64,000 bases of DNA from NCBI RefSeq assembly GCF_009914755.1, contig NC_060930.1, one strand, 5' to 3'. Under the pieces are notes generated by a model. The model made no database searches. It was not told the DNA's origin and saw only the letters and a program-made list of their open reading frames with translations. This DNA comes from the human T2T-CHM13v2.0 reference genome, Homo sapiens. Below, one piece after another: positions 11,980 through 24,713 of this stretch (position 1 is its first letter; each line of letters opens with the position of its first letter). The position numbers were made by a program, and so were the translations under genes.

Positions 11980-12369
11980 GAAGCTGATTGGTAGTGAACC
12001 TGCTGTTTAACATCACAGTGACTACATTGAACCCAGTATGCCAGTTGGCACCAGATGCTGTGGACTTGGAATGAGGCCAAGAGGAGTCGCCAGGATGTGA
12101 GAGGAGAGAGGAATCCACAGGACCACCAGAGGGTGAGTGAACCAGATATGCAGGTCAGAGATAGACGAAGTGGAACCAGAGAGCTGGGAGGGACCAAGGT
12201 TGTAAGGGTGCTTAAGCCCCACCATAACAGCTAAGGAGTCCCAGGAGATGATGGCTCATTTCCACCCAACCCCAGGATTTCCACAGCACACACCCACAGG
12301 CCTGGACCTGGGACGAAGATGAATGAAGAATATGGACATGTGGATGTGGTTTGGCTCACGTGTCCCTGC

Positions 12370-12375
12370 AATAAA
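12370..12375 (+). terminator. Candidate poly(A) signal for BTN2A3P
   Basis: AATAAA in the 3' UTR-equivalent region; the BTN2A1 counterpart reads CAGTTGG instead. Confidence 0.45.
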
Positions 12376-12479
12376 CAAGGAGTCAGTACTCAGTCCTTGG
12401 GTGTGGTTGAGGCTTGAGGTCCTGATTGAGCAAGGCAGTACTGGACAAGGTCTACATCAGCATTCAAGTTCAATGGGGG

Positions 12480-12975
12480 GCACTAGTGGCTTCAAACTTC
12501 CTGGTCTAATTATGTCTTTAGACACTTAATAACTACTGAGGGCCTTGAGGAGCTCTTGTTTATTTGGGTTGATATTTGTTAATATTTATGGCATTTGACA
12601 TTAAAACAGAAAATGTTAAAATGTTATTTACTAATTCATGTTAAAATATAATGAATGAACCAAATGTAGGTTAATATAAATAGAATGCTTTCTGAAAAAT
12701 CAACTGTTGTGTCCAAACAAAAAAACAAGAAGTGTGACACTGGTTAACTTGTTTCAAATCTGATGTCTGGCTTAATGGAAGATGTTTGTATTCTCATATC
12801 TGCTTTTGTATTAAATCTGTTGGTATATCATACCCTACCAAGAGAATGAGATCAAAAACAACAAATGTTATATTATGATGATGATGATGATGAAAATAGT
12901 ATTAAGATTGGGGACTCCTTAGGAGTATATCAGAGTTCTCCCTAGACATCCCCAGACCATGTTTGGAATAGTGGA
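12480..12975 (-). mobile_element. hAT-Charlie1-family DNA transposon relic (paralogue at about 49717-50230)
   Basis: Resembles Charlie1-type termini (..GTGGCTTCAAACTT..GGTCT..GAGCTCTTGTTTAT.. and ATTCTCATATCTGCTT..). Family assigned from memory. Confidence 0.55.
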
Positions 12976-12991
12976 TCCTGGAAGTGAATCC

Positions 12992-13520
12992 ATGAGCTGC
13001 TTAATTTTAGGTGTCAACTTGACTGGATTACGGAATACCTAGACAACTGGTATATTATTTCTGGATGTATTTGTGAGTGTGTTTCCAGAAGAGATTGACA
13101 TGTGAGTCAGTGGGAAATTCTCCCCTCCTATTGGCTGGGGGCCCAATATAACAAAAAGGCAGAGGAAAGGCAAATTCTTCTCTCCCCTGAGACATTCTTC
13201 TTCTGCTGCTCTTGGACATCAGAACTGCTGGCTCTCGGGCCTTTGAACTTTGGGACTTGTACCAGGAAGCCCTGGGTTCTCAGGCCTTTCACTTTGGACT
13301 GAGATTTACACAATCGGCTTCCCTAGTTCTGAGGCTTTCAGACTTAAACTGAGCCATACTACCAGCATCCCAGGGTCTCCAGCCTACAGACGAGCTGTCA
13401 TGGGATTTCTCAGCTTGCATAATCACATGAGCCAATTTCCCTAATAAACACCCGCTCATCATATGTATCTATATCTATATGGTATTGGTTTTGTTTCTCT
13501 GGAGAATTCTGACTAATACA
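12992..13520 (+). mobile_element. MLT2 (ERVL) solo LTR; paralogue at 50839-51388
   Basis: TTAATTTTAGGTGTCAACTTGACTGGATTA start and CTCTGGAGAATTCTGACTAATACA end, typical of MLT2. Confidence 0.8.
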
Positions 13521-13665
13521 ATCAGGCATCTAAAATTCTGACTTGAATGGTAGTATTTTAGGTTTGAGACAATTCAATAATCCAACAGGAATGAAAAAAA
13601 TTTAAATAGTCCAAAATTGTATTACTGCAGTTACAAAAAGGCACATTATTGAAAGAATCCAGAGT

Positions 13666-14724
13666 TGTTGCAGGAAGTCAGGGACCCCGAATGGAGGGAC
13701 CAGCTGAAGCCATGGCAGAAAAACTTAAATTGTGAAAATTTCATGGACATTTATTAGTTCCCCAAATTAATACTTTTATAATTTCTTATGCCTGTCTTTA
13801 CTGCAGTCTCTGAACATAAATTGTGAAGATTTCATAGACACTTATCACTTCCCCAATCAATACTCTTGTGATTTCCTATGCCTGTCTTTGCTTTAATCTC
13901 TTTATCCCTTTATCTTCATAAGCTGAGGATAAATGTCGCCTCAGGGCCCTGTGATGATTGCGTTAACTGCACAAATTGTTTAAACAATATGAAATCTGGG
14001 CACCTTGAAAAAAGAACAGGATAACAGCGATGTTCAGGGAACAAAGGAGATAACCTTAAGGTCTGGCTGCCTGTGGGCCGGGCAGAACAGAGCCATATTT
14101 TTCTTCTTTCAAAAGCAAATAGGAGAAATATTGCTGAATTCTTTTTCTCAGCAAGGAACATCCCTGAGAAAGAGAATGTGTTCCGAAGGGGAGGCCTCTG
14201 AAATGGCTGCTTTAGGAACGTCTGTCTTTTACAGTTGTAGATAAGGGATGAAAAAAGTCCCGGTCTCCCGTTGCGCTCCCAGGCTTATTAGGAAGAGGAA
14301 ATTCCCTCCTAATAAATTTTGGTCAGACCGGTTGTCTGCTCTCAAACCCTGTCCCCTGATAAGATGTCATCAATGACAATGTGTGCCTGAAACTTCATTA
14401 GCAATTTTAATTTCACCCCGTCCTGTGATCTTGCCCTGCCTCCATTTGCCTTGTGATATTTTATTACCTTGTGAAGCATGTGATCTCTCTGACCCCCACC
14501 CTATTCATACACTCCCTCCCCTTTTGAAAATCACTAATAAAAACTTGCTGGTTTTGTGGCTTAGGGGGCATCACGGAACCTGCCAACATGTGATGTCTTC
14601 CCTGGACACCTAGCTTTAAAATTTCTCTCTTCGTACTCTTTCCCTTTATTTCTCAGACCAGGTGACACTTAAGGAAAATAGAAAAGAACCTATGAAGAAT
14701 TATCGGGGGCGGGTTCCTCCGATA
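13666..14724 (+). mobile_element. MER11 (ERVK/HERV-K11) solo LTR
   Basis: Starts TGTTGCAGGAAGTCAGGGACCCCGAATGGAGGGACC, ends GGTTCCTCCGATA. Perfect 6-bp TSD CAGAGT at 13660-13665 and 14725-14730. Internal tandem repeat and AATAAA. Confidence 0.88.
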
Positions 14725-15280
14725 CAGAGTGATTCTTTCAACCTCTGGGGTTGAGGGCCAGATCATATATGCCCCTGAAAGTCATCATGCTAACCTGGGC
14801 TTTACCTGTGAGAGGGGAGCCACTGGAAGGCTTGGCAGAAAAAAAAACTGGACTTACTTCAGATGCTAGACCAAGATGGGCTATGTGTAGGGGTGGTGGA
14901 TGGAAGCCTGAAGACCCAGCTGGGAGCTACTGCAGTGATCCAGAGGGGAGATGCCGATGACTTGTACCAGGGAGGAGCCATGGAATGATCTGATGCTGGA
15001 TTTATTTTCAAGACAGAGTAAAAAGGCTTTGCTGGTAAACCTAAATGTGCTGTGTGAAAAAGGAGGACATCAAGGATGACCATAAGGTTTTAATCCTAAG
15101 AAATGGTACAGATGGAGTTGCTACTTATGGAGATGAGGAAACTGAGGGAGAAGTCCATTTTGGAGGCCAGAGGAGGAGCCAGCATAGAATCCAAGGTCAG
15201 TTTTGGATACGTTCGGGTTGAGGAGCTTACTAGAGATCCCCGTGGAGATGCAGAGTAGGCAGGTCAATAATAAATGTGCA

Positions 15281-15651
<371 letters not shown>

Positions 15652-15707
15652 TTATTCTTTCTGTATTCTGTATCTTCATGATTGTTGCCACTGCCTGTTT
15701 CAATTTA

Positions 15708-16280
15708 ATGCATTAGTGATCTATTGCTGCTTAACAAATTACTGCAAACTTAGTGGTTCAAAACAGCAGACATTTGTCATTTTAGTTTCTCTGGGTCAGA
15801 AGTCCAGGCAGACCTTAGATGGCTTCTCTGCTCAGAACTTTACAAAGCAAAAGTCAAGGTGTTGGCCAGGCTGTATGTAGCCTCATCTTGTCTTGACTGT
15901 GGGAGAGTCCTCTTTTCAGATCACTCAGGTCATTAACAGAATTCATTTCTTTACAGTTGAAGGACTCCCTGCAGGCTGAAGCTGGAGGCTGCTCTAAGCT
16001 CCTACAGGCCACCTCAGCTCCTTGCTATGTGGGTCTCCAACGATGACTACTTTTGTCTTCAAAGCCAGCCAGGAAGACAGAGACTCTAGAGTGGGTCAGC
16101 TAGCAAGACAGAGTCTTACACTACATTATGTAGTCATGGAAGGGACATGCCATCAGCTTTACCATATTTTATTGGTTAGCAGTAAGCCATAGGTTCAGCT
16201 CACACTCAGGGAAAGTACAGGCTGCAAACTGCAAGAGGAGTAATCATAAGGGGTCCACTCCAGAGTCTGTAGGCTACACC
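15708..16280. mobile_element. MLT1 (MaLR) LTR
   Basis: TGCATTAG...CTATTGCTGCTTAACAAATTAC...ACTTAGTGG...AAAACA pattern typical of MLT1 ends. Boundaries approximate. Confidence 0.6.
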
Positions 16281-16542
16281 ATATACAAGCTCAAGGTTCT
16301 CCCACTGTAACTGCCCTGCTTCCCCTTTCCCAGGGCAATACACCACACTTGCCTTTCTCTAGGTCTCTACTTCCATGAAAGCAAAGTCTCAGAAAGAGAA
16401 CACATGCATGGCCGTCAGGCACTGTTTGCCATGATGATGGCCACTGCTGTACCACACCATAAACATTGTTTTACAGTTACTAGTGGATTCCCAATCATTA
16501 AATCCATTATACATTTCTATTTTCCCCTCCCACCGCCATGCT

Positions 16543-16709
16543 TTTTTTTTTTTTTTTTTTAAGAGAGATAGGATCTTGCTCTGTCACCCCCCAGGCTAGA
16601 GGTCAGTGACGTGATCATAGCTGAGTGCGGCCTTGATCTCCTGGGCTCAAGTGATCCTCCTGCCTTAGCATCCCATAGTGCTGGGATTGTAGCTGTGAGA
16701 CACTGGGCC
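16543..16709 (-). mobile_element. Alu monomer/fragment
   Basis: Poly-T followed by reverse Alu motifs (CTCCTGGGCTCAAGTGATCCTCC). Confidence 0.8.
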
Positions 16710-18944
16710 TTGCTTGTCTTTATACACCTCTGTCCTTTCTTTATGGACAACCCTGAGTTCTTCATAGACCTGCCTGAGTAGGTGTTCCTGCCTATGTGGC
16801 ATCTGCCTCATCAATCCCCAGGGCCCTCTTCTTGGTCTTTCCCTGCTCCTAGGGAGATCTTTCTCAGAATTCTTGCTCCACTTGCTCCAGAACTGCTGAA
16901 ATTCCTTAGGCTTTGGTCCTGGGCTCTCATTTCACACCACATATACTCATATGGTCCAATCCATTTTCAGAGCAGACCCCCACTGGCACCTATCCCATAA
17001 GCAGACCCCCACTGGCACCTGTACTTCTGTCTCCAGCCCCACACATTCCCTGAACTCAGTGCCCACTAGGCATCTCACAATGAGTGTATCCAAAATAAAA
17101 TTCCCATCAACCCTGCCTACCCATCATCATCTGAATGACTGACACCACCTAAGAGTCATTTTAGCCTTCTCTTGTTCTCTCTTAACCCACCACATCCGAC
17201 TGATAGCCAAGCCCTGCTATTTGTACTTCCTTTCAATAGTCCAGCTTAGTGGTTTGATCAAAGACTCTGGAGTGAGACAGCCTGGGCTCAAGGCCCAGCT
17301 CAGAAAGAAACTACTTGTGTGACCTTGGGAAGTCATTTAACCTCCCTGGACCTCAGCTTTTACGTCTATAAAATGTGGGAAATAAGGTACCTCTTAGTGT
17401 TGTTGTGAATCTTGTTAATATATGTAAATCTCTAAGCACAATACTAGCATTGTAGCAGGTTCTATGTAAGTATTTCCTAGTATTAATGTGAGTAATCAAT
17501 CAAGTCCCCTCTCCTCCATTGCCAAGCTGCCATCATTTCTTGCCTAGAGTGTCACAGTAGCTTCCTTTCTGGTCTCCCTATCTCCTAACGTGTGGCCCAC
17601 CGGATGAGGATGGGATATATTGTGCAACCCCAGCAGGCATCATCCCATGGAATACAATGTAAAAGGTGCCCCCTACCTCCCATCTTCCCTGGCACCTGCC
17701 CCACTGCTATTTTCAGTGTACACATTTTCTCACGTCATACTTTTCAGATATTTTCCCTTCACCTTCACACTAAAACTCCAACTCACAGCAGGCAACTGTC
17801 GATGTTTTCTCCAGGGGAGGTGGATTTAGGAGTCATCAATGCAGGGATCAGAATTAAGCCTTTCAGAATGGAAGACAATGAAATTCATTTAGGGTTAATA
17901 CATGCAGGTGCTGTGCTAACTCTTCCTTAAATAACTTATGGACCATGTCTCATTTCCACTATAGACAAAGAAACAGAAACATTGAGTGATTAGTTAACCA
18001 GCTTTGGGTTCCAGGGCTAATGAGTTGTGCATGACAACAGATGAAGATAGAAAAAAAAAAGCCTAGAGAGAGTAGATAGTAAGCCAGTGTGCCTGGGACA
18101 TGCTGACAGATATCTAGATGTAGCATAAAGAAAATTTGTGTTCATGGGAGGTCCTAATGGCAGCAAGAGGTGAGATAACCATGAGAAATGGACATTTCTT
18201 GGTGAGACTAACTCGATAAAGGAGACAAATCTCTGGGCATTTTGCCACACCTACTGCATGCAGGACACTGCACTAGATCTTATAAAAGATAAAGAGAAGA
18301 TAGCATCAAGTGCCTAGGTCTTGAAGGAGGGCTGAGTGCACTTTTCATTTAGCGTACATTCTTATGACTTACTTTTTTATCATACACTGTTGTAAGCAAA
18401 CTGCATGTGTTGTCTCATTCCATGCTCACAGCAACAACTCTTAAAAGTCAAGTACTATTACTGTCATTATTTTACAGGTAGGGAAACTGGGGCACAAAGA
18501 AGTTAGAGAACTGGCCAAAGGTCACACAGGCCACCTGGCTTCAGAATTAGTGCTCTTATCCACTCTATTATGCAACCTCTCCTCACTAGTTTTGAACTTC
18601 AGTGGCTGAGACCTACTACATGGTAGGTTCTCAATAAAAATTTGTTGAATCACTGAATTCATTTCTGCCCCATTTCACATCCATTTCTTTCCCAAGACTT
18701 CTTTGTCAGAGTTCGGTATAAAGGACTGATGAGAAATGGACCCAGGGCCTCACACTTTGGAAACTACAAAGTTCAACGATACAAACTATTGGTCCCAGAA
18801 ACTCCTAATCTGAAGCTTAGCACCTCAGCTGCTGTGTCAAAAATGACTTGGATCCTTCAGGCAAGGGTGGGGTGATCATTCTTACTGATATAATTTCAAG
18901 CAGCACAGCTTCTGATAGACTGTGAATTTAAAAATGAGCAAATG

Positions 18945-19258
18945 GGCTGGGCTCAGTGGCTCATGCCTGTAATCCCAGCACTTTGGGAGGCCGAAGCGGG
19001 CGTATCACCTGAGGTCAGGAGTTTGAGATCGCCTGGGCAACACGGTGAAACCCAGTCTCTACTAAAAATACAAAATTAGCCGGGCATGGTGGCACATGCC
19101 TGCAATCCCAGCTACTCAGGAGGCTGAGGCAGGAGAATCGCTTGAACCTTCGGAGCCGGAGGATGCGGTGAGCCGAGATCGCACCATTGCACTCCAGCCT
19201 GGGCAACAAGAGTAAATCTCCATCTCACCAAAAAAAAAAAAAGAAAAAGAAAAGAAAT
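18945..19258 (+). mobile_element. Alu
   Basis: Full dimer; TSD AAAATGAGCAAATG on both sides. Confidence 0.92.
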
Positions 19259-20761
19259 AAAAATGAGCAAATGAACATTTAAATAAATAAGTATGATGGA
19301 TAAATAGGGAATGAACAGTGGTATGGATTATAATAAAGTAAGAAAGTTTCGTAAAATATTAAGTATATCACTATAATCTACATGGTAGGCATATTGGTAT
19401 TCACCAAAAATTCTTTCACCTTTGCTTTATGTTTTAGAAGTGTTATGGTAAACTGTTGGGAAGGAAAAGGGGGAGGGAAGAATTGTGGGATTCTGTTGGT
19501 AACAGAGACCAGAAATACCATTGGCTTAAACAAAACAAGGGTTTTCTTGTTTTTTCTTGATGTTGTTGTTTGTTTTCATGTAAAATGAATTTAGATGGCG
19601 GTAGTCCAGGGCTGACCTGGCAGCTCAGAGATGTCATTCATGCCCCAGCCTGCTTCTGACTTCATTCTCTGCTGTCTCTGCATGTGGCTTTCAACCTCAA
19701 GGTTGCCTCATGGTTCTAAGAGGGCTGCCGCACCTCTAGTTCAAAAGTCTACATCCAAGACAAGAGGAAGAAGGAAGTACGGAGAGTGTACACTCACACT
19801 CCCAGCTATCTTGGCCTCCATTCTGAAGGATCTCTGGGAGAAACACAAGCCCACAACTTTACCTACAAACTATTGATTCCAACTTAGTCCCTTGTTCTCT
19901 GGTATCTATGAGATAGCAGAGCCTATTGAAGTACCCAAGAAAATTAGGCTTTATCACCAAGAAGAAAGGGGGACTGCATGATGCAGAAGGGACCAGCCAT
20001 CTCAACCAGATACTGCACAGCCTAAATTCAAACTGTTACAATATAATCAAATTTCATCAACCCCAGTCACATCTTAATCTTAGGAGTTTTGATCACTGAC
20101 TTGCAAATCCAAAAAGTGTGTTTTGAGGTCCTAGGCCACAGGAAGAACCAGTTTGTCTCACAGACCTCTTACAGAGATGGCATTTGTAGTCTATCTAGAT
20201 TCCAGCTTCAGATAATATGTACTCCACTGGCAGCACGAGAAATAAATACACAGGAAAATACAATATAGCACAAACCAGGAGCTGAGGGCGAATGAAGATG
20301 CTCAGAAACACCTGCACTAAAAGTTTCCTGAAAAAGGTAAAAAATGTCAATCAGCACTGCCTCTGGAAACCAGAAACATTATATTATTTGATAACAGATC
20401 CTAAGTCTGGATGCTGGAGGTGCTTAAAAATGTGCATTGCGTCTGGCTTTCTTTCCATGTATACATTTATTTGACGCTGTAGTAAAATCTCCTCCTTCAG
20501 GTACCCATATTCATGCAAGCAAATGTTAGCAAACTGCCACAGTAGCATTTTAATTAGTGCACAACTTTCTCTCTTCACCACATTATAATCTTTTCTCATT
20601 TTGTTCTGCTGCTATTTCTATTATGATAAAAGACTTAAGTAAATATGTAGAAATACTTATATACATGGACACGCAATAATGATTCAAATAGATAAACACA
20701 GAAACACAAACACTAAGGGAGGTACGGCTGGAATTTTTCTGCAACGTGTACAATTCAATGT

Positions 20762-20842
20762 ACTTTCACTTTTCATTTCAACCCTCCTCAGTGGTTTCCT
20801 CCCAGCAACTGATGAGAAACATCACCTCTGAGCCAATCAAAA
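20762..20842 (+). promoter_or_regulatory. BTN3A3 promoter: IRF-type site, X box, CCAAT
   Basis: ACTTTCACTTTTCATTTCA (IRF-E-like) at 20762-20780, CCCAGCAACTGATG (RFX X-box-like) at 20801-20814, CCAAT at 20833-20837. Fits the reported NLRC5/RFX/IRF1 control of BTN3A genes. Confidence 0.72.
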
Positions 20843-20869
20843 AACTAATTCTTCCAAAAAGAGATTGTT

Positions 20870-21011
20870 ATTATTCCTCACAATAACCAGATAGCCTCTG
20901 CTTTCTTTTTCCTTTCTTCGGAATGAGAGACTCAACCATAATAGAAAGAATGGAGAACTATTAACCACCATTCTTCAGTGGGCTGTGATTTTCAGAGGGG
21001 AATACTAAGAA
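20870..21011 (+). other. BTN3A3: BTN3A3 non-coding exon 1 (start approximate)
   Basis: Follows the promoter module and ends at donor GAA|GTAAGT (GT at 21012). Confidence 0.7.
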
Positions 21012-21132
21012 GTAAGTGGGGAATGTTGATTAGAGCCTGGGCTACAATGCCTGGGAGGACAAGAGCTGAATCGCTGAGAGTGGTGAGTGGGCATGCAGGG
21101 AGAGTACTTGCCCAGGGAAAGGGGTGCAGTGC

Positions 21133-21135
<3 letters not shown>

Positions 21136-21186
<51 letters not shown>

Positions 21187-21190
21187 GTGC
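21136..21190. repeat. (TG)n microsatellite, BTN3A3 intron 1
   Basis: More than 20 uninterrupted TG units, then TGCG interruptions. Confidence 0.97.
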
Positions 21191-23746
21191 GCATGGGCAC
21201 CCATGCACACATGTGGGCACATGGAGAAGAGGCAAGTAGTGCAAAGAATAAAGACCTGCAGATATTGGGATTTGGTGGAAGGAGAGGGAGACAACATAAA
21301 TGAAGAAATATTCCAACTGCATGTTCTTAAGAACTTATTGTGGTCAGAAAAGGGCAAAAAAGTCGCTAAAATCTGTTTTGGCCAACACAAGCCATCTATT
21401 CTAAGAGATTCTAGAAAGAGATGTGCCTTATAGATTCATATGTAAATTTGTTCATTACAGAAATACTTATAATATAGAAAAATCTGAACCAGCATACACA
21501 TACAACAGGCAGGGGGTAGACAAACAGTGCGTGGCTCTATCATAAAAGAGATTTCTATGCAGCTTTTAGGCATCATGTTTTTAATGAAGGGCAATTATTT
21601 CTCATTTTAACAGCATTAGATCCATACATTAAACCTTGTTTTGTATGTTTTAGGTACAGTATCTGTTTTTCCTTCCATTAATCATTTCCTCATAACCCAA
21701 TATATGTGTTTCAATGGACACAATCTATTTCATTGTGTGAATATATAATTATTTTGTAATACTTTACTAATTTTGGCTATTTCAATTATCTACATTTGGC
21801 TACTGTATAGATTTTATTATATTTAACAACCTCAGACATAAATTTTTGTCTTAATTTCTGTCTTTTTTTTTTGCCTCAACAATAATTCCTATAAGTGGAA
21901 CTTTTGGGTAAAGCATACAACTTTTTTTTTTAATAGCATTTCCTTGGTAGAGCATGTAACTTTTTAAAGATGCTTGCTGTATATATGACCAAAATGCTTT
22001 GAGAAATATTTATATTTCTACTACCAAAGTATATGATTACTACTACAGAGTTTTAATTTTATTGATTGACTAATTTGTAGAAATGGGGGTCTCATTATGT
22101 TACCCAGGCTGTTTTAAACCCCTGGGCTCAAGGAATCCTCCCACCTTGACCATCCAAATTGCTAAGATTGCAGGCATGAGCCACTGAACTTTTATTCCTT
22201 TATGCTTTTCTTCATTTGCAATATTGACTATAATCAGGAAGAAAATATAAACATCCTTTAAAAAGAATGAAAACATATGTCTCACTCTAAGCAGAGCAGA
22301 GAAATTGTTAACTTTGAAACCAGTGATAATAAAAATGATACCCCTTCTATAGCAACATAAAGAGAAGTTTTGAGGAACAGAAGATGTGAAATGCAATATT
22401 TAGTCTGGGTCAGTGCAAGATCCAGGCGAGGGTGGAGGATGGCCGGCTGCACAGACCTCTGTTCCGGTGCTTTCTCTTCATCCCTCCCCACCTCCCTCTG
22501 CAGACCTTGTTCTCAGAGGCCATTCCCAGACTCAGGTAGCTACAGCAGCGGGTGTTGTGGCTGCAGGCCTCATGCTCCTTTGCTTTGGAAGAAACTGTTG
22601 AGGAGTTAGTATTTACTGAGCAGCTTATATGTTCCAGTCAGTATTATCACTCATAATAATTACTGTTAAGTAATACATGAAAAATCTTAAATTTAAAGCA
22701 TTTCAATATTTTAAAAGTAAAGGGAGCAAAAGGCCAACGTGTTCTTTTGCTCACTTAACTTCCGATCTTCAGTTTAGCATGCATCTTTTTAGACTTTTTC
22801 AGGCGTTTACATCTATAAATATGCAGAAATGTATAGCTTTGTTTTTGTTTTTCAGTTGAATCATTAGTGTAGTTCTGCAACATGCTTTTTGACCGCTTAG
22901 TGTATCACCATTATCTAGGTTCATGACAATAAATCAACTCTTTTTACCTGCTGCATTGAATTCCCTCTGAGGGATGAGCCGTAGTTCCTCTAAACAGTCT
23001 CCTGTTGGGTGGCTGGTTCAGTCGGTTACCACTTTTATACTTTAAAAACAGTGCTGCAGTGTCATTCTCACAGAGGCTTCTCTCTGCACTCATGCAAGTA
23101 CTTTGCTAGACTAGACATCAGAAAGTGGAATTGCTGGACCCAATTGTGCACATTCGAAATTTCACACTTCATGATATTGTATGAATCAATAAAGTTCCAA
23201 TGGTTTTGTCCCATGAACAAGATCACACAGCTTGTGAATCTTAGAGCCTTTACCTATTGCTTACCTTCTTTATGTCCTTAACACTAATATAGTAGGCCTC
23301 ACCCATTGTGGGTGCTCAGTAAATACTTGTTGAATGACTTTATGAAGGGAAGAAAGAAAAGATGAGTAAGGCCTGGTCTTATTCAAAGCTCTCCTAATCA
23401 ATATCTTTGTGATTAAACGTGGTGGGTTCAGCCCCTGACTGACTTCAGAGCCTCTGCCAGGCAGTCTGCCTGGATCCCACCAGGAGCCACCAGGCCATAA
23501 GTTGACTGTAGTAATGGCCAAGAGTTTGATGCTTGAGGAGTCCACAGTGTTGGACACCCACAGAGCTGAACAAGGGTGGGACCAGGGAATCCAGTGAAGA
23601 GGGTCCTTCATGAATCAGAGGGGGATGATGGAAGCTTGGACCTGGCAAGGGAAGTGTGGGGAAGTGATAGGATTATGAATATTTTAATATTTTAATGCAG
23701 TAGAGTCAGAGATGTCCTGATCAGATAACAGATATTATTTTTACAG

Positions 23747-23807
23747 ATGGTTTTCCATACTGGAACCCAAAGGTAAAGACACTCAAGGACAGACATTTTT
23801 GGCAGAG
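23747..23807 (+). other. BTN3A3: BTN3A3 non-coding exon 2
   Basis: TTTTTACAG|ATGG acceptor, GAG|GTAAGA donor; internal alternative donor AAG|GTAAAG at 23773. Confidence 0.75.
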
Positions 23808-23939
23808 GTAAGATCTTCTTTGGTCACCATACTTGAGTTAGCCCTGGGGAAGTGGACATTTCCATGCAGAAGCCTAAAGCTTCTTCCAGGCCATAGTGTC
23901 TGTCCCACACCTTCTGGTATCTCTTGATATGCAGCATAG

Positions 23940-24024
23940 ATGAAAATGGCAAGTTCCCTGGCTTTCCTTCTGCTCAACTTTCATGTCTCCCTCTTCTTGG
24001 TCCAGCTGCTCACTCCTTGCTCAG
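23940..24024 (+). CDS. BTN3A3: BTN3A3 signal-peptide exon (MKMASSLAFLLLNFHVSLFLVQLLTPCS)
   Basis: ATG at 23940, CAG|GTAGGG donor; 85 nt. Confidence 0.95.
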
Positions 24025-24296
24025 GTAGGGAATGATTCCATGATTCCACATTTATGTTTCTGAAGCAGACAATTATCTCAATTACCTAATTAAGCAGACA
24101 ATTACCTAAATGCCCTCTTAGAACCTTTAACTCATTCCCATACCTGGAAGTCCATCCCAACCTGAAGGACCACCTGTCACAAAGAGACAAATGGTCCTTC
24201 TGTTAGGATTGTGTTCCCCTCTAGGTTCTCTGTATCTCGCCTTCCCTGTCTGAGAAGGACCCTTCCTCTCGTGACCCCAACTCCAAAACCCTCTGA

Positions 24297-24713
<417 letters not shown>

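Noticed and set aside
16971-17020. Short tandem duplications (GCAGACCCCCACTGGCACCT x2; also 24063-24108, 43551-43590, 53944-53982)
   Set aside because: Two-copy slippage products without spacers or array structure; not CRISPR-like and no evident function.
20978-21433. 151-aa ORF with CVCVCV run, and the THTHTH ORFs on the other strand
   Set aside because: Artefacts of the (TG)n microsatellite.
22504-22535. Possible 32-nt cassette exon in BTN3A3 intron 1 (polypyrimidine-CAG| ... CAG|GTAGCT)
   Set aside because: Weak donor, lies in what looks like an old MaLR fragment, and would be non-coding; cannot be supported without transcript data.
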